Part shown: positions 44,861 to 59,570 of the stretch, piece after piece | How positions within the stretch are numbered: the stretch's first letter is position 1 | How the letters are laid out: the number at the start of each line of letters is the position of its first letter | Assembly: GCF_009914755.1 (NCBI RefSeq) | Contig: NC_060928.1 | Reading direction: 5' to 3' (one strand) | Source: the human T2T-CHM13v2.0 reference genome, Homo sapiens | DNA length: 64,000 nucleotides | Made by a program: the position numbers and the translations under genes | The notes under the pieces: generated by a model | The model's input: only the letters and a program-made list of their open reading frames with translations | What the model was told of the DNA's origin: nothing | Databases searched by the model: none

Positions 44861-46670
44861 ATTATTATTATTTATTTTACTTTAAGTTCCAGGATACATG
44901 TGCAGATTTGTTACATAGGTATATTTGTGCCATGGTAGTTTTCTGTACCTATTGACCTGTCATCTAAGTTCCCTTCCCTCACCCCCCAATCCCACAACAG
45001 GGCCTGGTGTGTGTTGTTCCCCTCCCTGTATCCATGTGTTCTCATTATTCAACTCCTACTTATGAGTGAGAACATGCAGTGTTTGGTTTTCTATTTCTGT
45101 ATTAGTTTGCTGAGGGTGATGTATTCCAGCTTCATCCATGTCCCTGCAAAGGACATGACCTCATTCCTTTTTATGGCTGCATAGTATTTCATGGTGCATA
45201 TGTACCACATTTTTTTTATCCAGTCTATCATTGGTGGGCAATTGGTTTGGTTCCATGACTTTGCTATTGTAAATAGTGCTTCAGTAAACATGCATGTGCA
45301 TGTATCTTTATAGTAGAATGATTTATACTCCTTTGGGTATATACCCAGTAATGGGATTGCTGGGTCAAATAGTATTTCTGGTTCTAGATCCTTGAGGAAT
45401 TGCCATATTGTCTTCCACAATGGCTGAACTAATTTACATTCCCACCAATAGTGTAAAAGTGTTCCTATTGCTCCACAGCCTTGCCAGCATCTGTGTTGTT
45501 TCTTGACTTTTTAATAATTGCCATTCTGACTGGCATGAGATGGTATCTCATTGTGGTTTTAATTTGTATTTCTCTAATGATCAGTGATGTTGAACTTTTT
45601 TTCCTATGTTTGTTGGCTGCGTAAATGTCGTCTTTGGAGAAATGTCTGTTCATATTTACCCACTTTTGGATGGGGTTGTTTGTTTTTTTCTTGTAAATTT
45701 GTTTAAGTTTCATGTAAATTCTGGATATTTGACTCTTGTCAGATGGGTAGATTGCAAAATTTCTCTCCTAATCTGTAGGTCACCTGTTCACACTGATGAT
45801 TGTTTCTTTCACTGTGCAGAAGCTCTTTAGTTTAATTAGATCTCATTTGTCAACTGTGGCTTTTGTTGCAATTGCTTTTGGTGTTTTCATCATGAAGTCT
45901 TTGCCCATGCTTATGTCCCAAACGGTATTGCCTAGGTTTGGTTCTGGGGTTTTTGTGGTTTTGGGTTTTATGTTTAAGTCTTTAACCCATCTTGAGTTAA
46001 TTTGTGTATAAGGTATAAGGAAGGGATCCAGTCTCAGTTTTCTGCATATGGCTAGTCAGTTTTCCCAGCACCATTTATTGAATAGGAGATACTTTCCCCA
46101 TTGTTTGTTTTTGTCAGGTTTGTCAAAGGTCTGAAGGTTGTAGATGTGTGGTGTTATTTCTGAGATCTCTGTTCTGTTCCATTGGTCTATATGTTTGTTT
46201 TGGTACCAATACCATGCTTTTTGGTTACTGTAGTATTTTAGTGTAGTTTGAAGTCAGGTAGCATGATGCTTCCAGCTTCATTCTTCTTGCTTAGGATTGT
46301 CTTGGCTATACGGGGTCTTCTTTGATTCCATATGAAATTCAAAGTAGTTTTTTCTAATTCTGTGAAGAAAGTCAATGGCAGTTTGATGGAAATATCATTG
46401 AATCTATAGATTACTTTGGGCAGTATGGTCATTTTCACAATATTGATTCGTCCTATCCATGAAGATGGGATGTTTTTCCATTTGTTTATGTCCTCTCTTA
46501 TTTCTTTGAACAGTGGTTTGTAGTTCTCCTTGAAGACATCCTTCACATCCCTTGTTAGCTATTTCCTAGGTATTTTATTCTCTGTGTAGTGATTTTGAAT
46601 GAGAGTCCATTCACGATTTGGCTCACTACTTGTCTATTGTTGGCATAAAGGAATGCTTGTCATCTTATAG
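44861..46670 (-). mobile_element. 5'-truncated L1PA (about L1PA7-10), TSD CTCTCAATT
   Basis: Degenerate ORF2 C-terminal fragments in the ORF track. TSD at 44852-44860 and 46671-46679. Confidence 0.9.
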
Positions 46671-46843
46671 CTCTCAATTTATTAGAGTTGGCTATGTGAG
46701 AACTTTTATATAAAAGAGTAGTTATGCCTGGCCATCTCATAGTCCATAAATAAGCATAGCCAAATTATAAGTAATCTCTCTATATAAAAGAGGATTACTT
46801 ATTAATTTAATGGTACATTTTTTTCTCTCTTGGTTACATTTAT

Positions 46844-46847
46844 GTAT

Positions 46848-46882
<35 letters not shown>

Positions 46883-46920
46883 TTTGAGACAGAGTTTTGC
46901 TCTTGTTGCCCAGGCTGGAG
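46844..46920 (-). mobile_element. Extremely 5'-truncated Alu (about 37 nt plus a (TTTA)n tail) with TSD GTTACATTTAT
   Basis: tgagacagagttttgctcttgttgcccaggctggag. TSD at 46833-46843 and 46921-46931. Confidence 0.85.
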
Positions 46921-47677
46921 GTTACATTTATATAGTAGTTTACAATTTGGAACTGACAAAGACCTTAGGAAAAAACTAAATTAATTTTTTTTTTTGTACA
47001 AGGACACTGCTGTTGATACAAATAAAACTAGTTAAAGCTTTGTTTTGATTATTTCTTAAATATTTAAATTTATGAAAAACATAGCTAATTGCAATTTGAA
47101 AAATGTTGAACCTTTTAGTGAGTCAGATGTAAAATTATCCTGTAGCATCTTTTTATTTCATTTGTTTTCTTTTCTTCATACATGCTGTCTGCCAATAAAA
47201 CACACTCTGCCTCTTGCTTTCTATAAAAAAAGTATCGTTTTCAGTGTTTCACAAATGTTACTAATTTCTAATCTGTGTATTCAGAAATTGCTGCAGTTGT
47301 GCAAATTTAGAGATTTGGAGCTGTGCTTGTCACATAATGAGTATTCAGTAAAAGTTAACTTTCTTTTCACATATTTCTGAAATACTTTGTGTACCTCTCA
47401 TCAATTTATATTATAATCATCTCTTGAAACGTATTTATCTTCTCTAGACTGTGACTTCCTCCTATTAGGGAATGTCTTTTCTTCTTGTTTGCAACCCCAG
47501 TGCCTTTTATGGTATATAAAATAATTTTTTTTGACCAAGTGGACAGAATTCATTAAAAGAAAAACCATGTTATATGGTATAAGACCTCTTACATATCCAA
47601 AAAGTGTCTTGTTTTGCTTTGTCTTCATTCTTGTTTCTAATTGGTTGTAAGTTTATTAATGCTAATGTTGTAAAGGT

Positions 47678-47678
47678 T

Positions 47679-47738
<60 letters not shown>

Positions 47739-47739
47739 T
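47678..47739. repeat. (TTTC)n tetranucleotide microsatellite
   Basis: About 15 perfect units. Confidence 0.95.
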
Positions 47740-47773
47740 ATTAGAAACCACAACACTAACTGCTGTGAGGGAT

Positions 47774-48133
47774 TGTGTTAGTTCATTTTCACACTGCTAT
47801 AAAGAATAACTGAGACTGGGTAATTTGTAAAGGAAAGAGATTTAATTGACTCACAGTTTCACATGCCTGGGGAGGCCTCAGGAAACTTATAATCATGGCA
47901 GAAGGTGAAGGGGAAGCAGGCACTTTCTTCACAAGGTGGTGAGAGAGAGAGAGCAGGGAAAACTGCCACTTTTAAACTATCAAATCTCATGAGAACTCCC
48001 TCACTATCACAAGAACAGCATGGGGGAAACTGCCCCCATGATCCAATCATTTCCCACCTGGTCACTCCCGCCACACAGGGGGATTCCAATTCAAGATGAG
48101 ATTTGGGTGGGAACAGAGAGCTAAGCCATGTCA
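47774..48133 (-). mobile_element. MaLR solo LTR (THE1D-like)
   Basis: TGTGTTAG...gagactgggtaattt...caagatgagatttgggtggg...ccatgtCA, 360 bp, 5-bp flanks gggat/gggtt. Confidence 0.85.
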
Positions 48134-50031
48134 GGGTTATCTCTGAATTCCCAATTATGCTAACATCCAAAGGTGAGAAGAGCCTGTCTCATCTACTTGT
48201 AACTTTTCTGAATTGCTACCATAAACCCCAAGGTGGCAACACAGCTGGTTAACTACTGAATTCCCCCTGCTTCTACTGTCTAAGGAAACATTTGATTGTC
48301 TTCTCTTTTAGACCCAAAAGTAACCATTATAAAATTTAGGTAATGTAATTGTATACTTAACTGAGTTATAGTGTTTATGATATTTTAAAACCTTCCATTA
48401 TTGGGAATTGCAGATTTCTCTGTTGTTTAGAAGAATGTTAAAAAACTAAATCCAAATGTCTGTTCATCTCTTAGTACTAATTCTCTTTTGTAACCCCCTT
48501 TGTGGAGGGAATATTTTAATTTACAGCAGCATAAGTTTCAAAGTAATTAAATTAACATTTCTACTGTGGTTTTGTAGAGCACCGTAACATATGCCTCAGA
48601 AAATGGTCTTATAATTTATACTACTAGCTCTTTTCTCTAGTCAAATTATAATTCTTTGGAGATAATACAAAAAGTCTGCCTACTCTCTCCTGTCAATTCA
48701 ACTTGACATTGATCTTTATTATCTTTAAAAGACTTCACTTTCTTTAGTTTGATGATTGTATTTTTTTTAAAGATTACTATTATCACCCCATCCCAACTTC
48801 ACCTCATTCCAAGTATGGGCCTTTATTTGTTGTTTAAAGCCATTGTATTTCTTTCTAAATGTAGGATTGATTCAAAACAGTCACAGTTTGGAACATTTTA
48901 ATTCCATACCATGGATTCTGTGTGTTGAATATTTTATGGCTAAACTTTTTCTAGGCTAGAAGAAAACACTAGGTAGTTTAACATTGTAAGGCTCTACCGT
49001 TGAACATGAAAGTACTTGTTTTTCAAAAAGAATATTTTTACTTTTTAAAGCCCCAAATTTAAGAAATTAGCTTTATTATTAGAAATTTAGAAAATTTAAG
49101 AAATTAGCTTTATTATTAGAAAACAAAATATTGAATTTATGATGCTAAAGGTTGCACAATCCTATTCCTAGTTCTTACACTCATTTTGTATTTTGCTATC
49201 TATAGTATGGTGGGATTTAGGTGGAGGTGGAGATTAAAAATCATAGCTAATACTTTAGTATAATACTTTAGTATAAATAGTACTTTAACTAATGTATTTA
49301 TTTAAGGAAAAACTACATAACTTGCATGTTGAGTACCTCAAAATATAGAAAATTTCTTGAAAAGAAACTGGTTTCAAAAACGTAAGATTTTATTACATTA
49401 TCTTGAATATTAACTTTATCCAAAAGCTAACCTTTTAGAACCAAGAATTTTTTGGTGTTTTCTCACTGAACACTCTTGTCATAATATATTTCCTTCATGC
49501 ACTTATTCAAATTTGAAATTATGTATTTGCTAGTATGCTGTTTTATTGTTTACTTCTTCCTCTTGTGTCCAAGTTCAGTATTAGGAGCAGAGTCCTGAAG
49601 GAAGTGAGAGAGTAGGCCTTGAAGATCACCTGGGGAAAGACAGAGGGAACAAAAACAAGACCCTGAACCAGGATGATTTTGATATGTTTGAGGAGCTGCA
49701 AGGAGAACAGTGTGGTTGGAGTGGAAAAAGTAAGAGAGAGTATGTTAGCAGAACAGGCCGGAGGGTCTAGAACAGAAGACTTCGTAGGACATAGGAAGGA
49801 CTCTGGGTTTGGGTTTTACTCTGAGCACTCTGGAAAGCCACAGGAGAGTTTTGAGCAGAGGAGCAGCATGGCCTGTTTTATAAATACATAACATATTTAA
49901 TGTTTTACATTTACCAGTTTTATATTTACTGAGAAGGAAACTTCAGCCATGCCCATGTGCAGATCCTAAATGATGTAATGATGTACATACTTCCTAAACA
50001 TATGGATTAGTGTTTTTTGTTTTGTTTTGTT

Positions 50032-50322
50032 TTATTTTGTTTTGAGACAGAGTCTGACTCTGTCGCCCAGGCTGGAATGCAGTGGCACAATCTCGGCTCA
50101 CTGCAAGCTCCGCCTCCCAGGTTCAAGCGATTCTCTGTCTCAGCCTCCCGAGTAGCTGGGACTACAGGCGTGCGCCACCACACCGAGCTAATTTTTGTAT
50201 TTTTAGTAGAGATGAGGTTTCACCATTTTGGCCAGGAGGGTTTCGATCTCTTGACCTCATGATCTGCCCGCCTTGGCCTCCCGAAGTGCTGAGATTACAG
50301 GTGTGAGCCACTGCACCTGGCC
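50032..50322 (-). mobile_element. AluSc-like
   Basis: Reverse Alu with gatctcttgacctcatgatc. Confidence 0.92.
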
Positions 50323-51189
50323 TAGTTTTTACATTAAAATAAATCTGTATTTTGCAATACAGGTCTTTACGTCTAACCCCTCTAAATTTTGAGATCAGTT
50401 AGCATATTCACCCAGGCCTCCTATGTATCTAGAGCTAGTTCTTAACCACTTATAATTGTCTAGAACTAGATATTAACCATTTGTAAGAGTTGGTTAAATT
50501 TTTGCCCAGGCTACCAAGAAAAAACACATCCCTTTTGCTTAAAAAAAGATAGCTGCCACCTTCCTTGCCCACTTGCTTTCCCTCCTTCTGTGCCAGACAC
50601 TTGCAAACACCGATCTTTTAATTCCCCAGGTTGTGGAGAGTATGTAGAACTATATTTTGCTTGCATACAATGGGCAGAGAAAGGGTATTTCAAAATATGA
50701 ATGAGTATAATGGGAGAATTGTCTTCCTACCATGATGGCTCCTGGAACATCAACCTTGACTCTAATTCTCTTTTGTGCATTTCCTGTTATAAAACAGGAA
50801 AAGGAGAAAGCTGCCTTCCTTACTGCTTTCTCCCATCTACAGTGGACCACCAATTACCTAAAGCCTCTTTTATTTCATTTCTGATGAAGTTGTTGTGAAT
50901 AGGAAAAAATCATCGGAGGAAGAAGAGTAAAAGTTATATGTATTTTCCCCATTACTTATCTCTGTGAAGTGCAGGGAGGAAAAAAAGAAGAAAGAGAATC
51001 TACCTAGAGATATTGAGAAAGATAGTCTTTCTATTTGAGGAGGGGAATTGACACCAACTTGTGGTATATCTTCTTAAATTCATGAAAGAAAAAGATATGT
51101 CTAAAATTATTCATAGAAAGAGAGCAGCTAAAATTATGGATTTGAAGAAAAACAAACCATTAAAATCATTTTATTTCTTTTTTCTCCAC

Positions 51190-52120
51190 TCTTTTACAGA
51201 ACTTTTATAGAAAAGTTGGAAGAATGATACAATAAATACTCATATACCCCTTTTTCTGAATTCATATCTAACTATTTGACACAGTTGGCTTTCTGTATAT
51301 GTTGTGCATGTGTGTATATTTTGCTGGATTATTTGACTTTTTGAAAGTAAGTTGTTCAGCCTGGGCAACACAGTGAAACCCCGTCTCTACTAAAATACAA
51401 AAAATTAGACAGGCATGGTGGTATGGGCCTATAGTCTCAGCTACTCAGGAGGGTGAGGCAGGAAAATTGCTTGAACCTGGGAGGCAGAAGTTGCAGTGAG
51501 CCGAGATCACACCACTGCACTCCAGCCTGGGTGGCAGAACAAGCCTCCATCTCAAAAAAAAAGAAAGATAGAAAGTAAATTACTGATATTATATTACTTA
51601 ACTCCTAAAATTTCAAGCAATTATATTTTAAGAACATTATTGTTAACACAAACAAGATATTTAACATTGATACAATACTATAATCTACTATATAATCCAC
51701 AAAAAATTTTCCCAGTTGTCCCAAGAGAGTCATTGTTTTTTCAAGCAGGACCCAACCAAGGATCATACGTTGCCTTCATTTGCCTTGTTGCTAATCTTCT
51801 TTTATGTATTTCTGCCTGTTTTTGTCTTTCATGAGAATGATATTTTGTAAAGTCCAGGTCAGTTGACCTGTAGAATGTTCACAGTCACAACCTTTCTTAT
51901 TTTTTTCCCTCATGATTAGATTTGGGTAAAACATTTTTGTCAAGAACACCATGTAGTAGATGCTGTATCCTTCCCATTGCATCAAGATGTTCAGTTACTA
52001 TCAATTTAGTCATTTGTATTACTGAATTTGGATCACTTGGTTAAAAAGTTACATTGTACAGAAACATTGAACTTTTTGTAATTAAGAGGAATCTGTGGGA
52101 ACGTATTTGGAAACTTTGTT
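51190..52120 (-). mobile_element. Old L1M 3' fragment, interrupted by an Alu
   Basis: aaaagttggaagaatgatacaataaatactcatatacc...ggatcatacgttgcc...cctcatgattagattt. Confidence 0.55.
51357..51563 (+). mobile_element. 5'-truncated AluS
   Basis: End of the left arm plus right arm plus A tail. Confidence 0.88.
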
Positions 52121-52561
52121 CTATTAATTTTAATTTTTTAAATTTATAATGTGCTCAATCCATCCTTTATTGTTCCCCAAATAGTTGAGTACCATCTTTG
52201 TGACAAGCAAAGCTTACAGTTTATTTAGTAGTATAGACAACTTATCAGCAAAATCAGCATCTTGTGAGAAATGTGTTATAGTTCTCACAACTATAGAGGA
52301 TGCTGTGGAAACACATGGGAAAGAGCTTTACCTGGACCTTGAAGAGTCAGAGAAGACACCCTAGAGGAAGTGACATCACTTCCTAGGACAGTTTGTTTAA
52401 GCAAAATGAGAGACACAATTATGATAGCGTGATATAAGGCTGTATTTTTTTTTTATTTTGCAATATATATTTTTTCAATAAATTTTATATTATTTAACAT
52501 GCTTTCTTTGAGTTTTTTTCTGGATTATGGCAGAATTTATTTTTTTATTTTACTATGACTA

Positions 52562-53030
52562 TTTTTTTTTTCCTTTCCAACTTTCATTTTAGGTTCAGGG
52601 GATACATGTGCAGGTTTGTGACATGGGTAAATTGCATGTCACAGGGTCTTAGTGGGCAGATAATTTTGTCATCCAGATAATCAACAGAGTACCTGATAGG
52701 TAGTTATTCAGTCCTCACCCCCTCCCACCCTCCACTCTCAAGAAGGCCCTAGTGTCCATTGTTTTCTTTGTTGTGTTTATGTGTAGTCGATATTTATCTC
52801 CCACTTTAAGAGAGAGCATGCAGTGTTTGGTTTTCTCTTCCTGCATTAAGTCTCTTAGAAAAATGGCCTCCAGTTCCATCCATGTTGCTGCAAAGGACTT
52901 GATTTTATTCTTTTTATGGCTGCATAGTATTTTATAGTGTATATGTACCACATTTTTCTTTTTCTGGTCCACCATTAATGGGCATCTAGGTTGATTCCAT
53001 GTATTTGCTATTATGAATAGTGGACAATAG
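52562..53030 (-). mobile_element. L1PA15/16-like 3' end
   Basis: ttttaggttcaggggatacatgtgcaggtttg. ORF track shows KSFAATWMELEAI. Confidence 0.85.
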
Positions 53031-54323
53031 AACTTTTAAGCAGAAAGAATCCTGTGATCCTCCTATGCACAGCTTGGATCCTCACACTTAAACTATTTAG
53101 GTTCTGTTTCATCTTCAGCAAATAAAATTGGCTAAAAATAGCAGCTAGAGGTTCATCTGCAATTCTAGTGAGAAACGTTTTGTAAGAAAAAAAGTAATCA
53201 AGTACATAAGGGATCCTAAAATGTGGACACTGGATGAAGACTTCAACTCTCAGAAGGGCCCAGAGTGTCTCAAGACCTCTCATAATAAGGATGAACATCA
53301 TTCCTTTAATGTCTACATAGATTATCTCATTTAATCCATAGCATCACAAAAGGTATTGTCATCACAATTCTTTATTTCCCAAGTTTATAATTCAGGAAAG
53401 TAGGAATAAGAATTAAAAATCAGGAGGCTTAGGTTTCTGATTCCAGTGTTTTAAGTAATTCCTTTTTGTTCTTAGACAAATCATCTGAACTTCTTGTTCC
53501 CATTATTAATTGATCAAATATGACTAACACAATTTTTTCTAACAGTTTGTCAATTATTTTAGGGATTGAATAACAAAATCTATAAGAATCGTATTGAGAA
53601 TTATAAGGTTTTCTGGAAATATGACTTATTAATTCACTATTTAACTATTCTCAAAGCCTTTAAAGCTCTTCATCCTGGATGTAGTTAACTCTCAAGGCAC
53701 AAACACATGATTGAGATTCTAATAAAAATAATGATTTTATCTACATCTAATCAGGTAAACTTTTCCTGAAAGAGAAATGTTTAGGCCAGTGCTTTGCCTT
53801 GGGTTTAGAAGTGACAGACTCTTTTTTTTCATAATGAAATTGTCTAATAATAGCTTTGTGGCAAAATATAACTACATATAACTTCCCAACTCTTTCAAAT
53901 GTTGGTTATGTGAACATTGGGAATTCCCACAATATCAGTATCACTAAATTTAGTTTTAAGTACAATCATAAATCAGTACTAAAAATAAATAAACTTTTTC
54001 ATTGATTTGTTTTCTTCTTCATTAGTGAAATGATTTTAGCATTGCTTAACTGAAGGAATTATTATTTTAAAAAAATTTAAATATAATGGTTCTAATCATC
54101 CAATTTATTCATGCTTAAGAAAGCATAATCAATCAACCAAGCAGAAGAAACATAGAAACCTTTCCATCCTAATATCCTAAAAAATATTTTCAATTGTGTA
54201 TACTGTTCTTGGTAAGAACTAGTTGAGGTGTTTATTAACTATACTCTATTTGTTCCAGATCACAAAATTTTACTTTAACATGGCAACATTTCCGTAATTG
54301 TTTTTCTTTTTTTCTGGCCTATT

Positions 54324-54647
<324 letters not shown>

Positions 54648-54779
54648 TAAAGTGATAAAGTTAGAAAACTACTAGACTCTACTGGAATTAGGCTAGGTTT
54701 TCCAGAATAGTTATTTATATAGCTTTATAAGATAGACAATAATGACAAATTGTATAAACAAGATTTTAAAAGCATTTGA

Positions 54780-55100
<321 letters not shown>

Positions 55101-55883
55101 CTAAACTAAACCATTTTGCCTATCTTGATAAGTACAATTCAAGGGATTGCCAATTTACTCTGCGTATCATTACAATGTAAATAATACAATTTAAAGATCT
55201 CCTATAGTTAGTTACTGGCTAATTTAAAAATCCAATTCATGGAACTTTTAAGATGTTAATTGTTTTTTGAATTTTATATTATCTCACATTATTGTCACTA
55301 AGCCTGTGGGATAATTGTCTCTAGAATATCTGGAAGATCCGCATTCTGCTTAAAATGCAATACATTTATTCATGAGAATGTAAAAAAGATAGTCTAATAA
55401 ATATTCTTTTTTTCTGAAATTGCTATAGCTAAGAAAATCAAATGAAAATGAAATAAAAATGACATGGGTGTGCGTATGTGCACATGTACATATTTATATT
55501 TATACTTATATTGTTTTGTTCAGTACCTGGCACATAATAGGTACCCAATAAATATTCTTAGAATGAATCTACCAAAATTTTATTGAATATTTCTTGCCTC
55601 ATGCAGTGTCTATTATATGGTTTTTATAATCTAGATATAAAAAATTACCTTCTCCTTTAATTCTAATTCTGTTCCTCTATGATTCAAAATTTTCTTTCTC
55701 ACTGTGGTGAATTTCTCTTTTCATCCAAGCCAAAGGTAATGACTCTGTAAGAATGATAAAGTGATAAAAATATACATATCTGGGTAACTCATATCTGGTA
55801 TTTCTATGATTACTTTTCCTTACTCTTCAGCTGTTCTACCCTACTCCACATCACCCAACACCTTTAAGAAGTACTTTCAAAAG

Positions 55884-55884
<1 letters not shown>

Positions 55885-55918
<34 letters not shown>
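55885..55918. repeat. (GT)n microsatellite
   Basis: About 17 units. Confidence 0.95.
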
Positions 55919-55922
<4 letters not shown>

Positions 55923-56101
55923 AAAACAAACAGGAGAAGTTATCCATTTTATCAGAGAATAAGAAAATTTAGAGCTAGAAATGAGCCCAGAAAACTCTGT
56001 TTCAATGAGATCTCTGGGTTTAATCATTGTATTCAAAGGATAGTCAAGACATTTTTACCCATGAAAGCATTGCTCTGTCCTGTTCTAAGGGGCTTAGTAT
56101 A

Positions 56102-56199
56102 CAGATGCTCCTCAGTCTATGACTGGGTTATGTCCTCATACACCTATTGTAAAGTCAAAAAATCATCAGTCAAACTACTGTAAATCTGGGGCCACCTAT
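56102..56199. mobile_element. MER47/Tigger5-like MITE
   Basis: TA-flanked CAGATGCTCCTC...GGGGCCACCT element of about 100 bp with degenerate inverted termini. Confidence 0.55.
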
Positions 56200-56290
56200 A
56201 TTTGGTCACAGAAGGAAATATAGGCAAGCATTTGTGGACCTTCCCACTGTTAATGAAGTTGCTAAAAACTTGCAATATTTAGCTACCAGT

Positions 56291-59200
56291 TAGGGTGACC
56301 AAGTTTTTAGAGAGCCAATGGGAAATAGCACTGCAAGACCAAAAATATGCTTAGTACACCATAAATATTCATATATGTGTTATTACTATTTAACAATGAA
56401 AATTAATAGTACTTTAATGCTAGTTAATAGTAGGGCCAATAGTGTGAAAAAATGTATTAATTTTTTTAATTTTTCTTTCTGTCTTCTGATCCAGACATTT
56501 GTTTTCATGCTTTTTAAGTCTTCACTGGATATTTAAATTTTTAGGCTATATTATTGTGCATTTTTAAGTAAATATAAGAATTTTTTTAAAAGGTAGATAC
56601 AATGTAGTAATTAAACATATATTACCTTTATTTAATAAAATAACTATGGCATGTTTATATTTGCCTTTCATTTCTTTTCTTTTTAATAGAGGTAAAAATG
56701 AATACAGTCAAAAGTAAAATTTACTTTGACTCACAATCCTGCCCCCATTAAGTCCATATTACATTAATTACTTGTGTCAGTCCAATGTGATAACATAAAG
56801 CCAAATATCCTCTCAACAAAAAGGTTTGAGCATGGAATGCTTTTGATTTTACTGTGTAGCTTTACTAAATAGCTTTTTAGACTTGTAGGAATTCCCAGCT
56901 CTGCAAAAATACCCATCCACTTTTTATGTACATGCTTATTTTGGTAGACCAGCTGCCTTTCAATCAAGTCCTTTGCATCTATGAATTCATTCTATATGTT
57001 GTCTATGTCCAAAATGTCCATCATTTTTAAACACTTACAAGTACATTGGATGTCAACATAAATTAAAACACTATCAGGATTAATAGTTGTAAAGCACATA
57101 GTTTTACCTTCTGAAATTGTGCTGTTTCAGTCTACTTTGTGTTGCTATCACAGAATGTCACAGACTGGTTAATTTATAAAAAACAGAGATTTATTTCTTA
57201 CAGTTCTAGAGGCTAGGAAGTCCAAGAGCACACCACCAGAATCTGGCAAGGATACTTTTGTCAGAAGGCAGAGGGCAAGAGAATAAGGGTGCTAAAGAGG
57301 GCAAGAGAGGAAGAGAAGGCCGAACTTGCCCACTCCCATGATAACAATATTAATCCATTCATTAGGGCAGAGCCCTCATAACCTAATCACCTCTTAAAGT
57401 TCCTACTTATCAACACAGTTGCATTGAGGATTAAGTTTCCAACTTAAGAACTTTGGGGGTCATATTCAAACCACAGCAGATTCTAAACAAGTTACAGCTT
57501 TTAGTAAATACGTGAGAAATTCCTGTTTAACTTGACTGCCCTTTTCTGGTGACATTTTTTGAAAGCAGTCTTAAATTCTAAAAATGAGTCGTTTTTTCAC
57601 TCTATGGCTTTTTGTCCTAAACTACACAGAACTTCAAACAACTCAAGTAGAGTCAGTTCACCTTTTTCTAGGTTTCTTACATCTTCTTTAGAGAACATTG
57701 AACAGTTTTAGAGAAACATCATTTACATTTCTGTCTCATGGAAATCTTTTTCTTTGTTCTCATCTGTCATATATTTAAAAATCAAAGAGAAACATTCCTT
57801 TTGCTCCATGCTTTGAAAATATAATTTTACAGAAGGCCAATATTTTAACATATTTTTATGGCCAGCCACAATGATAGGCATCTTGTCAGCATATGTCTCA
57901 AAGCACATATCTTCTCCCATTTCCAGAAAGTCAAAAGGCCCATTAAGTGCTTCTGCACATTCTGGGGAAACTGAAAAGTGACCAAAAAATTTCATTATAA
58001 AACCGCAATATCATAGCAAAGAAAACCACTTACCTTTCTATTAATATTGTGTAAAGATGTACAGGACATTTAATAGGTAAGAACTGTTCATTTTCTCTTA
58101 TAAGACATTTATAGGCTGAATGGAATTTTCCAACATTTACATTTGCACAGTCTGTCAAATATGCAGATAGATGAGTACAGTCTACTTTAAATTTGGACAA
58201 GATGCTACATCTTTTATGTCATCTGAAGTTTCATTAAAATCTTTACAGAAATCAAGGAGATGATTTGAAACTCCATTTTAGAATTCAAAATACCGAAGAG
58301 CTAGAGGGAACATGGTTTTGCTGGCATGATTCAACGTATCATTTGATATATTGTAGCACCATGATCATTAATAAGACCTGACAAAATCAGCTCTACACTC
58401 TAAGCGGTCAGCATATTGGTCCTCAAAATTTCCTCTCTTGTTTACCCTCAGGACTTTTTAGTTGCAACCTTTGAATCAGAAAAAAGTAACTGTACTCAGG
58501 TGTGTTGAGCAATCAAGGGAACAAAATGATAATGAATGTTTATTCTTATTGTATATTCAAGCTAATTTAACAACTGCCATTTTCAAAAGAGCGTTGATTT
58601 TTTTGGGGGGTGGGAGGAGATAAAAAATGGTTTTGATTGACTTACAAAAACTTGCCTGTCTCATCCTAAACTTGTGAGATGTAGGCTCCACAATTGTATT
58701 CATATGACCTTCTGTCTAGTCTCAAATTTATTTCTATTTATTGTAGACTACTCTGTTTTGATTTTCTCCCTAATCTAGATCCATGGATCGTTCTATGTAT
58801 TTTTAAAGTAACACAGTTGTTTAGCCTTTTTTTTTCAGTATTGTCATGTTAGCTTTGGTATTATAGTCATACTCATTTGCATCACTGAACTGTAAGAAAA
58901 CATGGTCACAATATTCACAATATAAAAATTAAAGTAGCACAATCTTCATACAAATCAATACAGTTAATTCACAGGCAAGATCAAAGAGGAGCTCAGGGTC
59001 ACAATGCATGTGGGTTAAATACTCAAGTCACAGAATCTAGAGTAATGCAACAGTGGATGAACTGGTGTTAGGATCACAGATCTTGACTACCAACATCAGT
59101 AGTCAGGAGAAAACTTGCAGGAGCCATTAAGAAAAATGGACAATTGATGCTTCATCCATTCAACACTAAAAATACTGTGGCATGCAGCCTCCATTTTCTA

Positions 59201-59356
59201 CGTGGTCCTGTGGATTTTGTACATTTCTTTTAACCTTCTGCATCCATCTCTGAAATCTGAGGCTTTTTATGTCTTGGAGAAGGGTTTTCCAGAAAGCAAA
59301 AATTTACTGCTAAAACTAAGACAGTAGTGAGCAAACCTGGGCAGTTGGTTGCCCTA
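56291..59356 (-). mobile_element. Fossil hAT (Blackjack-type) DNA transposon with transposase remnants
   Basis: TIRs TAGGGTGACCA (56291) and TGGTTGCCCTA (59346-59356). Minus-strand IPCSNLFVERIFGFMLSHWTD resembles the hAT dimerisation domain. Confidence 0.7.
57123..57478 (-). mobile_element. MaLR solo LTR (MSTD/MLT1A-like) nested in the hAT element
   Basis: TGTTTCAGTC...cagactggttaatttataaa...cattcaaaccacagCA. Confidence 0.8.
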
Positions 59357-59369
59357 TTATTAATTCTAT

Positions 59370-59570
59370 CTCTACTGCATACTAGTAGAATGATTGTGGA
59401 TAAATTCTGTATACTCTTTGCTTCAGTTTCTTCATCTGTAAGTTGGAGATAATAATAGTATCACATCACAGTGTTTTATAGAATTAAAATGAGTACCTTA
59501 AGAAAATAAATAAGCTCTTCTAATAGAATCAGACATTTTGAAAATTATGTGTTGGTTATTACTGCTATCA
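59370..59570 (+). mobile_element. MIR SINE
   Basis: MIR core: gcttcagtttcttcatctgtaagttggagataataatagta. Confidence 0.7.
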
